Below, piece by piece: positions 39,677-49,520 of a DNA stretch of 64,000 bases. The position numbers and the translations under genes are program-made. Numbering within the stretch: the stretch's first letter is position 1; every line of letters begins with the position of its first letter. The notes below the pieces were generated by a model. The model saw only the letters and a list, made by a program, of their open reading frames with translations. It did not search any database and was not told the DNA's origin. Origin of the DNA: Cyanobacteria bacterium P01_A01_bin.123 (GTDB lineage Bacteria > Cyanobacteriota > Cyanobacteriia > Phormidesmidales > Phormidesmidaceae); NCBI GenBank assembly GCA_039815185.1, contig JBCBZT010000021.1, forward strand, positions 1 to 64,000, read 5' to 3'.

Positions 39677-40951
39677 ATGAGTTCTCTTTCGCCTACTCTG
39701 ATTTTGCGTCAGTGTCGCTTGCTCGATGCCAATCTTGCTGAGCCCCCAGTCGATATTGCCATCGAGCAAGACAAAATCGTGGCGATCGCCCCCCAGCTCA
39801 CGCTCCAAGCACCATTTGAACTCAACGTTCATGAGCAGTTAGTGAGTCCTCCCTTCATTGAATCCCACATTCACCTAGACTCCGTGCTCACGGCTGGTGA
39901 ACCGCGATGGAACACCAGCGGCACCCTGTTTGAAGGGATCGACATCTGGCGCGATCGCAAGCAACAACTTACCCCAGAGGATGTCAAACAGCGGGCGATC
40001 GCAGCCCTAAAGCAGCAGGCCACCCAAGGGGTACTGTTTGTACGCAGTCATGCCGATGTGAGTGAACAAAATTTGGTTGCCTTAAAGGGGTTACTGGCAG
40101 TACGAGAAGCTGTAAAAGACTGGCTCACACTGCAGGTGGTTGCCTTTCCCCAAGACGGGGTGTACGGTGGCGCACAAAACGAGACACTCCTCGAAACCGC
40201 CTTGGAAATGGGGGCTGACGCGGTCGGGGGGATCCCCCACTATGAACTCACCCGCGAAGATGGCGTGCGCTCGGTTCACCGGATTTTTGAACTAGCCCAG
40301 AAATACGACCGCCTGATTGATATTCACTGCGATGAAATTGATGATGATCAGGCTCGATTTTTAGAGGTGGTCGTAGCCTGCGCCATTCGCAGCGGTTTGG
40401 GATCACGGGTAACCGCCAGCCATACCACCGCTTTTGGGTCTTACAACAATGCCTACGCGCTGAAGCTGATGGGATTTATCCAACGCACAGCGATTAACTT
40501 TATCGCCAACCCGCTGATCAACATTACCCTCCAGGGGCGAACCGATAGCTATCCCAAACGGCGCGGCGTGACTCGCGTCAAAGAACTTTGGCAGGTCGGT
40601 CAAAACGTTAGCCTGGGCCATGATTGTATTCAAGATCCTTGGTACAGCTTGGGCACAGGCAATATGTTGGAGGTTGCCTGGATGGCATTGCATCTTTGTC
40701 AGATGACCGGACGGGATGAAATCAATGCCTGCTATGACATGGTGACGACCCACGCAGCCCAGACGCTAAACTTATCGGATCACTATGGTATTTGCGAAGG
40801 CAAACCCGCGAATTTGATCGTGCTGGATGCCCGCGATCGCTACGATGCCCTACTGCGACGGCCCCCAGCACACTACGTCATTGCCCAGGGCAAGCTTTTG
40901 GCTCAAACAGCACCCGCCGTCAGCCAGTGGCATCTATCCGTGGGAACCTAA
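39677..40951 (+). CDS. codA: Cytosine deaminase
   Basis: ESHIHLD, QVVAFPQDG, DIHCDE, TASH, GHDCIQDPWY. Confidence 0.93.
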   Translation: MSSLSPTLILRQCRLLDANLAEPPVDIAIEQDKIVAIAPQLTLQAPFELNVHEQLVSPPFIESHIHLDSVLTAGEPRWNTSGTLFEGIDIWRDRKQQLTPEDVKQRAIAALKQQATQGVLFVRSHADVSEQNLVALKGLLAVREAVKDWLTLQVVAFPQDGVYGGAQNETLLETALEMGADAVGGIPHYELTREDGVRSVHRIFELAQKYDRLIDIHCDEIDDDQARFLEVVVACAIRSGLGSRVTASHTTAFGSYNNAYALKLMGFIQRTAINFIANPLINITLQGRTDSYPKRRGVTRVKELWQVGQNVSLGHDCIQDPWYSLGTGNMLEVAWMALHLCQMTGRDEINACYDMVTTHAAQTLNLSDHYGICEGKPANLIVLDARDRYDALLRRPPAHYVIAQGKLLAQTAPAVSQWHLSVGT

Positions 40952-41572
40952 TCGTGGCCAACTGAATCAATAAGATTAAATACTTATGCATTAGGTTTGC
41001 CTCTACCTCTGCAAGGTTTGCATCTCAGATAGCCTTTAAAGCATTTAGCCTACGATGAATGGTATTTAAGTCATAGGCTAGGCCTGTGCCAGCCGATTAG
41101 GGATCACGGTTCCAAAACTGTTGATCGATCTAGTCGAGCACCATCAGAATCATGTATCTACTGTGTTCAAAAGGCTGAGATTTGACCCTGACAATTCGAT
41201 GATTTCACTGAACTTCGGCTTCAGAAATTCATTGAAATTATGGATACAATATGAACACAGTGAAAATTGATTGAACCAGATCAGCAGTTTTCCATAAAGA
41301 TTGCTTCATACATCCGAAATGAGCTTGCATCGTTGAGTTTTGAGGATCATCATAATTTCAGTGATTCAACTTACTCAGCTACCAGGAGTTTCTTCTATAG
41401 CTTTATGAACTGCTCATGTAAGCTGCTAGTTATCTTCAAAATACAAAGGTTAGGTAAGGTTTTTGTTAATACGTTAACGGTTTTGTAAAGAGCAGTCATT
41501 CTGATCCTATCAGCCGATAACGCAAGCAGTTTAGTCAGTGTAGGTCGACATCTACTACTTATTAAAAGAAGC

Positions 41573-43465
41573 ATGTTGAACCAAACAACATTAGGTGGTC
41601 GCTATAAACTTCTCTCCCATCTCGGGGGGGGTGGATTTGGTCAAACCTATCTGGCCGAAGATTGGCATTTGCCCGGTAATCCACGATGCGTTGTTAAACA
41701 GCTAAAGCTCCGCAAGGTTGACGGGATCTCTATGGAATCGGCTCGGCGATTGTTTGATGCTGAAGCTGAAGCGCTCTATCGACTGGGTAGCCACGATCAG
41801 ATCCCGCGGCTGATGGCTCACTTTGAAGAAAATGAGCAATTTTATCTGGTTCAGGAATTCGTTGCCGGAACGGTGCTGAGTAGTTTATTAAAACTAGGGC
41901 AACGTTGGGAAGAGTCCCAAACCTTGAATTTGATTGAAGGCTTACTCAACACCTTAAGTTTTGTTCACCAGCACCAGGTGATTCATCGCGATCTCAAACC
42001 TTCCAATTTGATCTTGCGCCACAGTGATCAACGCCTAGTGCTGATCGATTTTGGGTCTGTCAAACAGGTGAATACCCAGCCTGTAGAAACAGATGGACAA
42101 GTGAGCATTACGATTGCGATTGGTTCTATGGGCTATATGCCCAACGAGCAACTGGCTGGCCAGCCTTGCCTAAGTAGTGATATCTACGCCGTGGGCATGT
42201 TAGCGATTCAGGCATTGACTGGGATTGAACCCAAGCGGCTGCGCAAAGATCCAAAAACCAGTGAAATTCGATGGAGAGAATTTGCCAACGTCAGCGATGC
42301 CTTTGCAGAAATTATTGAGACGATGGTGCGCTATGACTTTCGCCAGCGTTATCCCTCGGCAACGGAAGCAAGCGCTGCCCTATTGCCGCTTTTAAAGTCT
42401 GCTGAAGAGACGCTCATCTTTGAGTTGGTACCCACCCATCCAGAGCAGGCCGTTGTGCCAAACTCCTCCGTCTCTATCAGTTCAAGCAACCACTGGGTCT
42501 GGCTTGAGCAGGGAGAAGAACTGCTCAGCCAAGAGCGTTATCGTGAAGCCGTGGACTGTTACAACCAAGTCATCGCGGTAGATACCCAAAATCCTATGGT
42601 GTGGTTCAAACAAGGGATTGCCCTGGAAAATCTCAAAGAGTTTGAAGCTGCGGTTTATGCCTACACTCAGGTGACTCAGTTGCAACCTGATGACTATTTA
42701 GCTTGGGCCAAAAAGGGTACTGCACTACAATATTTGGGCCAGTATGAGGCAGCTTTAGCTGCCTATGAAGAGGCATCGCACTTACACCCTGACAACTATT
42801 GGGTATGGCACGATCGGGCGCAGCTGTTAGAAAAGCTAGAGCGCTTTGAAGATGCGATCGCAGCTGAGGATCGGGCGATTCAGCTGCAGCCCAATTTCCA
42901 GATGGCTCAAACCAGTCGCAAACGGATTTTGCTGCGCTTGAAGCGGGTTGAACAACTCTATCAGCTTCAGCATTACGATGCTGCCATCGACGCTTGCAAT
43001 CACAACCTCAAAGCCAATCCCCACGATACTTCGACCTGGTTTATGCGAGGTATGGCCCTAGAAAAATTATCCCGATTACCAGAAGCGGCACTGTCCTATA
43101 ACCAGGTCACCAAGCAACAACCCGATGACCATGTTGCTTGGTTTAAGTTAGCTGAGGTGTTGGCCAAGCTCAATCGCCTCCAACAAGCCGCCATTGCCTA
43201 TGGTCAAGTGGTGCGAATTCACCCCCATAATCACTGGGCCTGGTATCAACGGGGCCAGTTGCTGGCGCAGTTGCAAAACTTCAAGGCGGCGATCGCCGCC
43301 TATAACTGTGCCCTCCAGCATAAGCCTGACCTCAAAGCCGCGATCGCGGCGCGTCAGGGCCTGCTTGATCACCTGATAGAGACGAGGTCACCCCTAAGTG
43401 CACCCGTTGCCATCGCTGCGAGCAATACTCCAGTCAACGTGTCGCTGACCTCCAAGATTGGGTAA
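41573..43465 (+). CDS. Ser/Thr protein kinase with TPR repeats
   Basis: GGGGFG, VVKQL, HRDLKPSN, DFG; multiple TPRs. Confidence 0.93.
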   Translation: MLNQTTLGGRYKLLSHLGGGGFGQTYLAEDWHLPGNPRCVVKQLKLRKVDGISMESARRLFDAEAEALYRLGSHDQIPRLMAHFEENEQFYLVQEFVAGTVLSSLLKLGQRWEESQTLNLIEGLLNTLSFVHQHQVIHRDLKPSNLILRHSDQRLVLIDFGSVKQVNTQPVETDGQVSITIAIGSMGYMPNEQLAGQPCLSSDIYAVGMLAIQALTGIEPKRLRKDPKTSEIRWREFANVSDAFAEIIETMVRYDFRQRYPSATEASAALLPLLKSAEETLIFELVPTHPEQAVVPNSSVSISSSNHWVWLEQGEELLSQERYREAVDCYNQVIAVDTQNPMVWFKQGIALENLKEFEAAVYAYTQVTQLQPDDYLAWAKKGTALQYLGQYEAALAAYEEASHLHPDNYWVWHDRAQLLEKLERFEDAIAAEDRAIQLQPNFQMAQTSRKRILLRLKRVEQLYQLQHYDAAIDACNHNLKANPHDTSTWFMRGMALEKLSRLPEAALSYNQVTKQQPDDHVAWFKLAEVLAKLNRLQQAAIAYGQVVRIHPHNHWAWYQRGQLLAQLQNFKAAIAAYNCALQHKPDLKAAIAARQGLLDHLIETRSPLSAPVAIAASNTPVNVSLTSKIG

Positions 43466-43890
43466 GCCCATCAGGTCAGTCAAGTGATTGATCAGGCTGG
43501 CTACCCAACGGTGGCCTGACTGGCACACTAGAGACCCATGTCATGATTAACCCGGTCACCCCTGAACCGAATAAAGGGTAGTTCAGGCTAGACTTATCCC
43601 TAAGCGAGCGATGGGGCACACACGATTTTCAGCTGTGGATGCAGCATTCAGAGTTTAGGGTCGGTGTGTCAGGGGAATGCTAACGCTAGGCAATCATCAG
43701 CCCCACCCATGCTTGAGCTAAAAAAGCCATCGTTTTTTGCTGGATAGCAACGCTTAAGCTCGAAGAAGGTAGAACAACTCCATACCTTCATCACTGGCTT
43801 TGACCGCTGGCCATTATTGTGGGTTAAACACAAATCTCCTAGTGAAACGGGCTTTGTAAGCCAAACCCTCTCTCCCTTTGCTTGCCCAAC

Positions 43891-46302
43891 ATGATGCCTT
43901 CCCGCTTTACTCAGCAGTTTCAGTCTGTGCCTACTTCCCCAGTCTTTGAGGAATCAATATTTCAGGCCTGTCTTGATAGCCTGACCGATCTCGTCTACAT
44001 CGTGGACATCAAAGGTGTCATCACTTATATCAATACCTATGGGGCTGAGCTTTTAGGCTATACCGTCGAGGAGGTTTTGGGCCTCCATTTTCTAGATATT
44101 GTGATGCCCAAAATGCGCTTGAGGGCAGGACAAGCGTTTGCCCGACTGATCGGTCGGGGTGAGTTGATTAATGAGTCCTTCCAGCTGTGCACTCGCTCGG
44201 GGAACGCTGTCCTAGTTCAGGTCAATAGTCGACGCTTGTTGCTCCAGGGTAAATTTGGGGGATTCACTGGGGTAGCGCGGGTGGTTAGTTCTACCCCTGA
44301 ACTTGAGCTGACAGCGAACGCTCCCATTGAGCCTGACACAGCAGATCTGTCTCCGCCAGCAGATCTAAAACCTGCCGTCTTGACTGCCAAGGATTCCGGT
44401 GACGATTTGTTCCGGGCCTATGTAGAAGCGGCAAACGATATTGTTTACACGCTAGATCTGCGGGGAAAATTTGCTTTTCTCAATGATTATGGCTTGCAAC
44501 TGTTTGGCTATCCTGAGCATGAAATTGTCGGTAAGTACTATCTCGATTTTGTCGCATCAGAATCTCGAGAAGCCACGGCAACAGCGTTTGCCAATTTACT
44601 CGATACGGGAGAACTCAGAGACTACGAATTTGTGATCGAGCAGGCCAGTGGCGATCGCGTTTTTTTAGAAGTTAATGGCCGCCTCCTGTATCGCGACGGA
44701 GAGCTGATCGGTGGCTTGGGCATCGGACGTGATATCACAGAGCGAAAACGGGTTGAGCAACAGCTCAAAATGTTTTCCAAAGCCTTAGATGCGGCTAATG
44801 ACAGCGCTATTATCACCGATTTGAGTGGTACCGTGCTTTACGCAAATCAGGCCACCCAGAGAATTTTTGGCTACAGTTTGACGAATTTGCTCGATCACAA
44901 CGTCAATCGTTTATATCCCAATCCAGCCCAATCTCCATGGCTGATTGAGCAGGCCAAACAAGGGGGTTGGAGTGGCCAAGTCATTTGCCAACGGCAAGAT
45001 GCTCAGATCCTCACGGCATTGGTTTCAGTCGGGCCTGTGTGTGACGAAGCTGGGGAACCGACCGCAGTGTCTATTATTTATCGCGACATCACCCAACTCG
45101 AAAACATCAAGGCTGAGCTGGCCTCAAAAAATTTAGAACTCCAGCGGGCAAATCAGCTGAAGTCCCAATTCTTAGCTAACATGTCCCACGAACTGCGGAC
45201 ACCCATGACGTCGATCTTGGGATTTTCGTCTCTTCTAGAACAAGAGATGTTCGGGCCGCTAAACGAGCGCCAAATGCTCTATGTGCAACAGATTTATCAA
45301 AGCGGCGAACACTTGTTGACCTTGATTAATGAGGTGCTCGATCTCTCCAAAATTGAGGCCGGCCAGATGGCGTTGGAGCTGGCTCCAGTCATTATTGATA
45401 GCTTGTGCCACAACGCCTTGACCATGGTAAGTGCCCAAATCACGACTAAGGGTCTAACGGTGCATCAGCATCTTGAGGAAAACTTGCCCCCTCTGATTGG
45501 GGATGAACTGCGACTGCGCCAGATGTTACTCAACCTGCTCTCGAATGCCATTAAGTTCTCGAATGAAGGGGCTGAGATCGGCTTAGAAGTGCGTCAGGTG
45601 GCTCACCAACTACTGCTGACGGTTTGGGATAAAGGTATTGGTATTCCTTCAGACCAACAGGGGGGGCTCTTTCAGCCGTTTCAACAACTCGATAGTTCAC
45701 TGTCTCGCCGCCATGAAGGGACGGGATTAGGGCTGGCCTTGACCCGTCGCCTCGCCACAATGCATGGGGGAGATGTGTCTTTAGAGTCAGTATCGGGGCA
45801 GGGCAGTCGGTTCACCATTTGCTTACCCCTAAGTGGCCCCAACGCCGGCCCCAAAGGGGGACCCTTGCGACCCAACCAGCCAGACTCCACTGTCAGCCCC
45901 TTGTTGGCAACCCCTCAGGGCCAAATAGAAGGCACTGTGTTAATCGTTGAAGATCATCCTGTCAACGCGATTCTGCTAGAGCATATGCTCACGTACTGGG
46001 GCTATGAAACCTTCCACGCCCTGAATGGGCAAATCGCGTTAGAGTGGCTCGAAACCCATCAGCCCACACTCATCTTGATGGATATCCACTTGCCAGAACT
46101 CGATGGTCTGGCGTTAACCCAGAAAATTCGCCAAAATCCCTCCTGGCAGGATATTCCGATCGTGGCAACGACGGCATTAGCGATGGATGGCGATCGCGAT
46201 CGCTGTTTGGACGCAGGGATGCAAGATTATCTCAGCAAACCGATCAACTCGATAGATTTGGTCTCCATCCTGGCAAAATACACTTGGCGTCGTGGCAGCT
46301 AG
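43891..46302 (+). CDS. Hybrid histidine kinase: 3 PAS + HisKA + HATPase + REC
   Basis: MSHELRTP, NLLSNAIKF, GTGLGL, LMDIHLP. Confidence 0.94.
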   Translation: MMPSRFTQQFQSVPTSPVFEESIFQACLDSLTDLVYIVDIKGVITYINTYGAELLGYTVEEVLGLHFLDIVMPKMRLRAGQAFARLIGRGELINESFQLCTRSGNAVLVQVNSRRLLLQGKFGGFTGVARVVSSTPELELTANAPIEPDTADLSPPADLKPAVLTAKDSGDDLFRAYVEAANDIVYTLDLRGKFAFLNDYGLQLFGYPEHEIVGKYYLDFVASESREATATAFANLLDTGELRDYEFVIEQASGDRVFLEVNGRLLYRDGELIGGLGIGRDITERKRVEQQLKMFSKALDAANDSAIITDLSGTVLYANQATQRIFGYSLTNLLDHNVNRLYPNPAQSPWLIEQAKQGGWSGQVICQRQDAQILTALVSVGPVCDEAGEPTAVSIIYRDITQLENIKAELASKNLELQRANQLKSQFLANMSHELRTPMTSILGFSSLLEQEMFGPLNERQMLYVQQIYQSGEHLLTLINEVLDLSKIEAGQMALELAPVIIDSLCHNALTMVSAQITTKGLTVHQHLEENLPPLIGDELRLRQMLLNLLSNAIKFSNEGAEIGLEVRQVAHQLLLTVWDKGIGIPSDQQGGLFQPFQQLDSSLSRRHEGTGLGLALTRRLATMHGGDVSLESVSGQGSRFTICLPLSGPNAGPKGGPLRPNQPDSTVSPLLATPQGQIEGTVLIVEDHPVNAILLEHMLTYWGYETFHALNGQIALEWLETHQPTLILMDIHLPELDGLALTQKIRQNPSWQDIPIVATTALAMDGDRDRCLDAGMQDYLSKPINSIDLVSILAKYTWRRGS

Positions 46303-46343
46303 CTGATCTTGATCACATCTGGGGCTCAAGTTTTTCGCTGAGT

Positions 46344-46444
46344 TATAGCGCTGGTCAGATTGCTTAATGCACCGAGTATCGCCAGGATGCTTAGTTCACA
46401 TGCAATCTGGCTCGCGGTAGCGCACAAAGCTTTGTTGCTACCGC
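46344..46444 (-). repeat. ~100 bp structured dispersed repeat (MITE-like), copy 2
   Basis: Reverse complement aligns along its length with 5349-5449. Confidence 0.8.
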
Positions 46445-46480
46445 GATAAACCCCAAACTTTCAAATCGACTGTGGATTAA

Positions 46481-46543
46481 GAAAAAACCCCAGAAACCTT
46501 TCAAAAGAAAAGCTCCAGGGTTTTAATCAGGGTGCATCTACCA
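46481..46543 (-). ncRNA. nsiR1: NsiR1-like small RNA
   Basis: 5' TGGTAGATGCACCCTGATT followed by a strand-specific terminator with U-tail, about 63 nt; TCCGGA about 30-35 nt upstream. Family match is from memory of NsiR1. Confidence 0.65.
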
Positions 46544-46572
46544 CTTCACACTCCTGTTATGACGGCCAACCA

Positions 46573-46578
46573 TCCGGA
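46573..46578 (-). promoter_or_regulatory. DIF1-like TCCGGA motif at about -35 of the sRNA
   Basis: Palindromic TCCGGA at the spacing known for NsiR1 and other HetR-dependent promoters. Confidence 0.55.
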
Positions 46579-46669
46579 ATTCCTTCCCGGCTTTAAGTTC
46601 TCTTTAAGGAAGCCCGCTGATCTGGGGAAGATATAAAATGCTGATGAAGTAAAATACCCTGCGATCGCC

Positions 46670-47491
46670 ATGACCCTTGCCCAATCTCACCCGGTTACCC
46701 CGGCTCAAACGCCTTTAGCTCCAGCCGTGTATATCGTCGGGGCTGGCCCAGGAGATCCTGAATTACTCACGGTCAAGGCCCAAAAGCTTCTGATGCAGGC
46801 GGATGTTGTGCTCTATGCTAATTCCCTCGTGCCGCCCCAACTGCTGACGATCATGCGACCAGAGGCTGAGCGGGTCGGCACCGCCAATATGACCCTAGAA
46901 GCAATCTTGCCGTTGATGATAGAGCGGGTCAGATCAGGGCAATCTGTAGTGCGTCTGCATTCGGGCGATCCCAGTCTCTACAGCGCCATCCATGAACAGA
47001 TTCAAGTGCTAGCGGCGGCAGATATCCCTTTTGAAGTCGTCCCTGGCATTAGCGCTTTTCAAGCTGCTGCGGCAAAGTTAGGGGCAGAACTTACCATTCC
47101 TGGGCTAGTGCAGTCGATCATTTTGACCCGCATGAGTGGGCGTACCCAAGTCCCCCCAGCCGAAGAATTGGCATCTCTAGCGGCCCATCGTGCTAGCCTC
47201 TGCCTGTATCTCAGTGCTCGTCATGTGGAAGCAGCCCAAACCCAACTGCTAGACCACTATCCCCCAGAGACGCCTGTGGCGGTTTGTTTTCGCGTTGGTT
47301 GGCCGGATGAAAAAATTCGAGTGGTGCCTTTGTCTGACATGGCTAGTGTGACCCATAATGAAGATCTAATTCGCACTACCCTATATCTGATCAGTCCAGC
47401 TTTGGCAGGTTGTCAAGGGCGATCGCGCCTCTACAACCCGGATCACCACCATCTGTTTCGCCCTAAACCGCTCCGTAGAAATGGTAGCTAG
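46670..47491 (+). CDS. cobM: Precorrin-4 C11-methyltransferase
   Basis: VGAGPGDPELLT, VRLHSGDPSLY, VPGISAF, VGWPDE, SRLYNP. Confidence 0.95.
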   Translation: MTLAQSHPVTPAQTPLAPAVYIVGAGPGDPELLTVKAQKLLMQADVVLYANSLVPPQLLTIMRPEAERVGTANMTLEAILPLMIERVRSGQSVVRLHSGDPSLYSAIHEQIQVLAAADIPFEVVPGISAFQAAAAKLGAELTIPGLVQSIILTRMSGRTQVPPAEELASLAAHRASLCLYLSARHVEAAQTQLLDHYPPETPVAVCFRVGWPDEKIRVVPLSDMASVTHNEDLIRTTLYLISPALAGCQGRSRLYNPDHHHLFRPKPLRRNGS

Positions 47492-47621
47492 CGGCGAATA
47501 TTGCATCTTTGAATTGGGCATTCGAGGTTCAAGCACCCCGATAAGACAGACTATGACTTTCTAAGGTGCTGCCCCCATAGATCGCAAGCCCTGATCGATC
47601 TAGTTTTGCATCAGGATTGAA

Positions 47622-48425
47622 TTATTCACTGATGCTGTCCATCACCTGATCAATTTGAGGCTGGGTCGGGATGGGGCGATCAAAGTTGTTGAGCAAGCGG
47701 CTTTGTTGCCGCTGCTGTCGAATTTGACGGCGATTTAAACTGGCGATGCGATTTCTCAGGGCAGGCAAATCCGTCTCTCCTGCTCGTAGGCGCAGCCCTT
47801 GACCCCCTTCGAGTACTAGGGATTCGCTTTCTCCTGGTACTGTGAAGGTAATTGTGCCTTCCCAGGCCAAGATGTGAACTTCAGGCTCAGGCTCATCAGA
47901 AATTTCAATAAAAATAGTTGTCCCCCGCAACCCCGCAACCCCAGCAGGTGTGACGATTTCTGTAGGTACCTGTTTACCGGGTTCAACCCAAGCGATGATT
48001 TGCCCAGATGACAACTCCATGCGGTTGTCGGGTTGCAACACCAACGATGCATTGCCCCCAAGCCGAAAGGCTAGTCCGCTTGACAGGGCAACTTCTGCTA
48101 GGGCATCCGCTTCAGTACGCAGGATGTCACCAAAGATTAAGCCAGTCCCAACTTGGGCTTCGAGTTCTGTCTGAGTAGAGACGGACTTTACCCAAATGGA
48201 AGGCTGCTGAACTTGGGTAATGGTGGCATCGTTCTTGCGTTCTGCTTCGATGTTAGAAGTTGTTTCCGCAACGCTAGAAGTCGCGGCTGGTTCTGTCTGG
48301 GTGTCTGATGCAACAGTTGGGGTGCTGGTTTGACCAGAATCAGATTGCCCCTGACAGGCCGCAAGTGTGGTTGCCAAAATTAGAGCAAGGCTCATTAACG
48401 ATCGCGAAAACAAAGCGTAGTTCAT
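47622..48425 (-). CDS. FecR-domain lipoprotein
   Basis: Lipobox LAAC; GDILRT..AEV, FRLGGNA, TPAGVAGLRGT. Confidence 0.8.
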   Translation of the reverse strand: MNYALFSRSLMSLALILATTLAACQGQSDSGQTSTPTVASDTQTEPAATSSVAETTSNIEAERKNDATITQVQQPSIWVKSVSTQTELEAQVGTGLIFGDILRTEADALAEVALSSGLAFRLGGNASLVLQPDNRMELSSGQIIAWVEPGKQVPTEIVTPAGVAGLRGTTIFIEISDEPEPEVHILAWEGTITFTVPGESESLVLEGGQGLRLRAGETDLPALRNRIASLNRRQIRQQRQQSRLLNNFDRPIPTQPQIDQVMDSISE

Positions 48426-48612
48426 GGTTGTTTCTCCGGTAGCAGCATCACAGTCTTCAAGTCACAACAGCATCAGCAGTTGTTGATGGCACCCGCTCTC
48501 CTTACACTTCAAATCGGAAGCTTTTGGATCCGGAGCACTGGGATGGAGCCCCAAAGAGGATAATGGAAATTACCCTCATTACCCCGATGTTAACGTTTGC
48601 AATTGCCGATTT

Positions 48613-49128
48613 ATGAATTACCTGGTAGCCGTTCTCAGCGATCGCATCAAAGCCGAAGCAGCCTACTCTGCCCTAGAGGCGGCTGATTTTGCCATGGAAA
48701 ATATCGATATCCTGGGCAAGGGCTATAAGAGTGCGGATGAATATGGTCTGATCGATCCCAATCAAGAAGCTTGGAAACAGGTGCGTCTCATGGCACTGTG
48801 GCTAATTCCTTTTGGCTTCGGTGCGGGATTTATCTTTAATCTGATCACAGGCCTGGATACCTTTCCCTGGGCAGGTACCTTGGGTAATCAAATCATTGGT
48901 GGTTGCTTAGGAGCGGCGTCTGGAGCATTGGGTAGCTTTGTCGTAGGGGGTGGGGTTGGTCTGGCAATCGGTAGCGGTGACGCGATCGCCTATCGCAACC
49001 GCCTCAATGCGGGCAAATATGTGGTGGTCGTTAAAGGGACAGACAGCATTATTGGGCAAGCCACCCGCATTATCCGTCAGTTTAGACCTGAGAATATTCA
49101 AGGCTACAGTGTGCCAGAAGCGACTTAG
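48613..49128 (+). CDS. Conserved cyanobacterial membrane protein (Gly-zipper, general-stress-like)
   Basis: ILGKGYKSADEYG, Gly-rich TM hairpin, YRNRLNAGKY. Confidence 0.75.
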   Translation: MNYLVAVLSDRIKAEAAYSALEAADFAMENIDILGKGYKSADEYGLIDPNQEAWKQVRLMALWLIPFGFGAGFIFNLITGLDTFPWAGTLGNQIIGGCLGAASGALGSFVVGGGVGLAIGSGDAIAYRNRLNAGKYVVVVKGTDSIIGQATRIIRQFRPENIQGYSVPEAT

Positions 49129-49143
49129 AGGGCAGATCGAGCC

Positions 49144-49509
49144 GTGACCCAGAAAAAGCGTTTGATTATTGAAATGGGAATGGGCATAGATCAGCATGGC
49201 CAAGATCCAACCGTGGCGGCATCGCGGGCGGTACGCAATGCGATCGCGCACAATGCTCTCCCCGGTGTTTGGGAGGTGGCCGGGTTGAACCACCCCAACG
49301 AAATGATGGTGGAAGTACAAATCGCCGTACCGTTTCCTGCAAGCGTCAGACAGGATGAGGTGTTGGCGGTGCTGCCCTTCGGACAAAAAACGCTGACTTT
49401 AGAGGACGGGGGCATGATCGTTGCAGGTCGGGCGATCGCAGAACTCAACGATAAAAACGATGACATGTACATCGCGATCGCGGCAGTAACCGTCTCCATC
49501 TTGGCTTGA
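49144..49509 (+). CDS. Lin0512 family protein
   Basis: IEMGMGIDQHGQDPTVAA.RAV.NAI motif. Confidence 0.88.
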   Translation: MTQKKRLIIEMGMGIDQHGQDPTVAASRAVRNAIAHNALPGVWEVAGLNHPNEMMVEVQIAVPFPASVRQDEVLAVLPFGQKTLTLEDGGMIVAGRAIAELNDKNDDMYIAIAAVTVSILA

Positions 49510-49520
49510 ATTCAGCAGCC

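Noticed and set aside
41267..41488. 73-aa ORF upstream of the Ser/Thr kinase
   Set aside because: TTG start, AT-rich promoter-like sequence, no recognisable motif.
46480..46669. Cobalamin riboswitch upstream of cobM
   Set aside because: No B12 box or GGGAA/GCCACTG core is visible. The structure present is a minus-strand terminator that fits an sRNA better.
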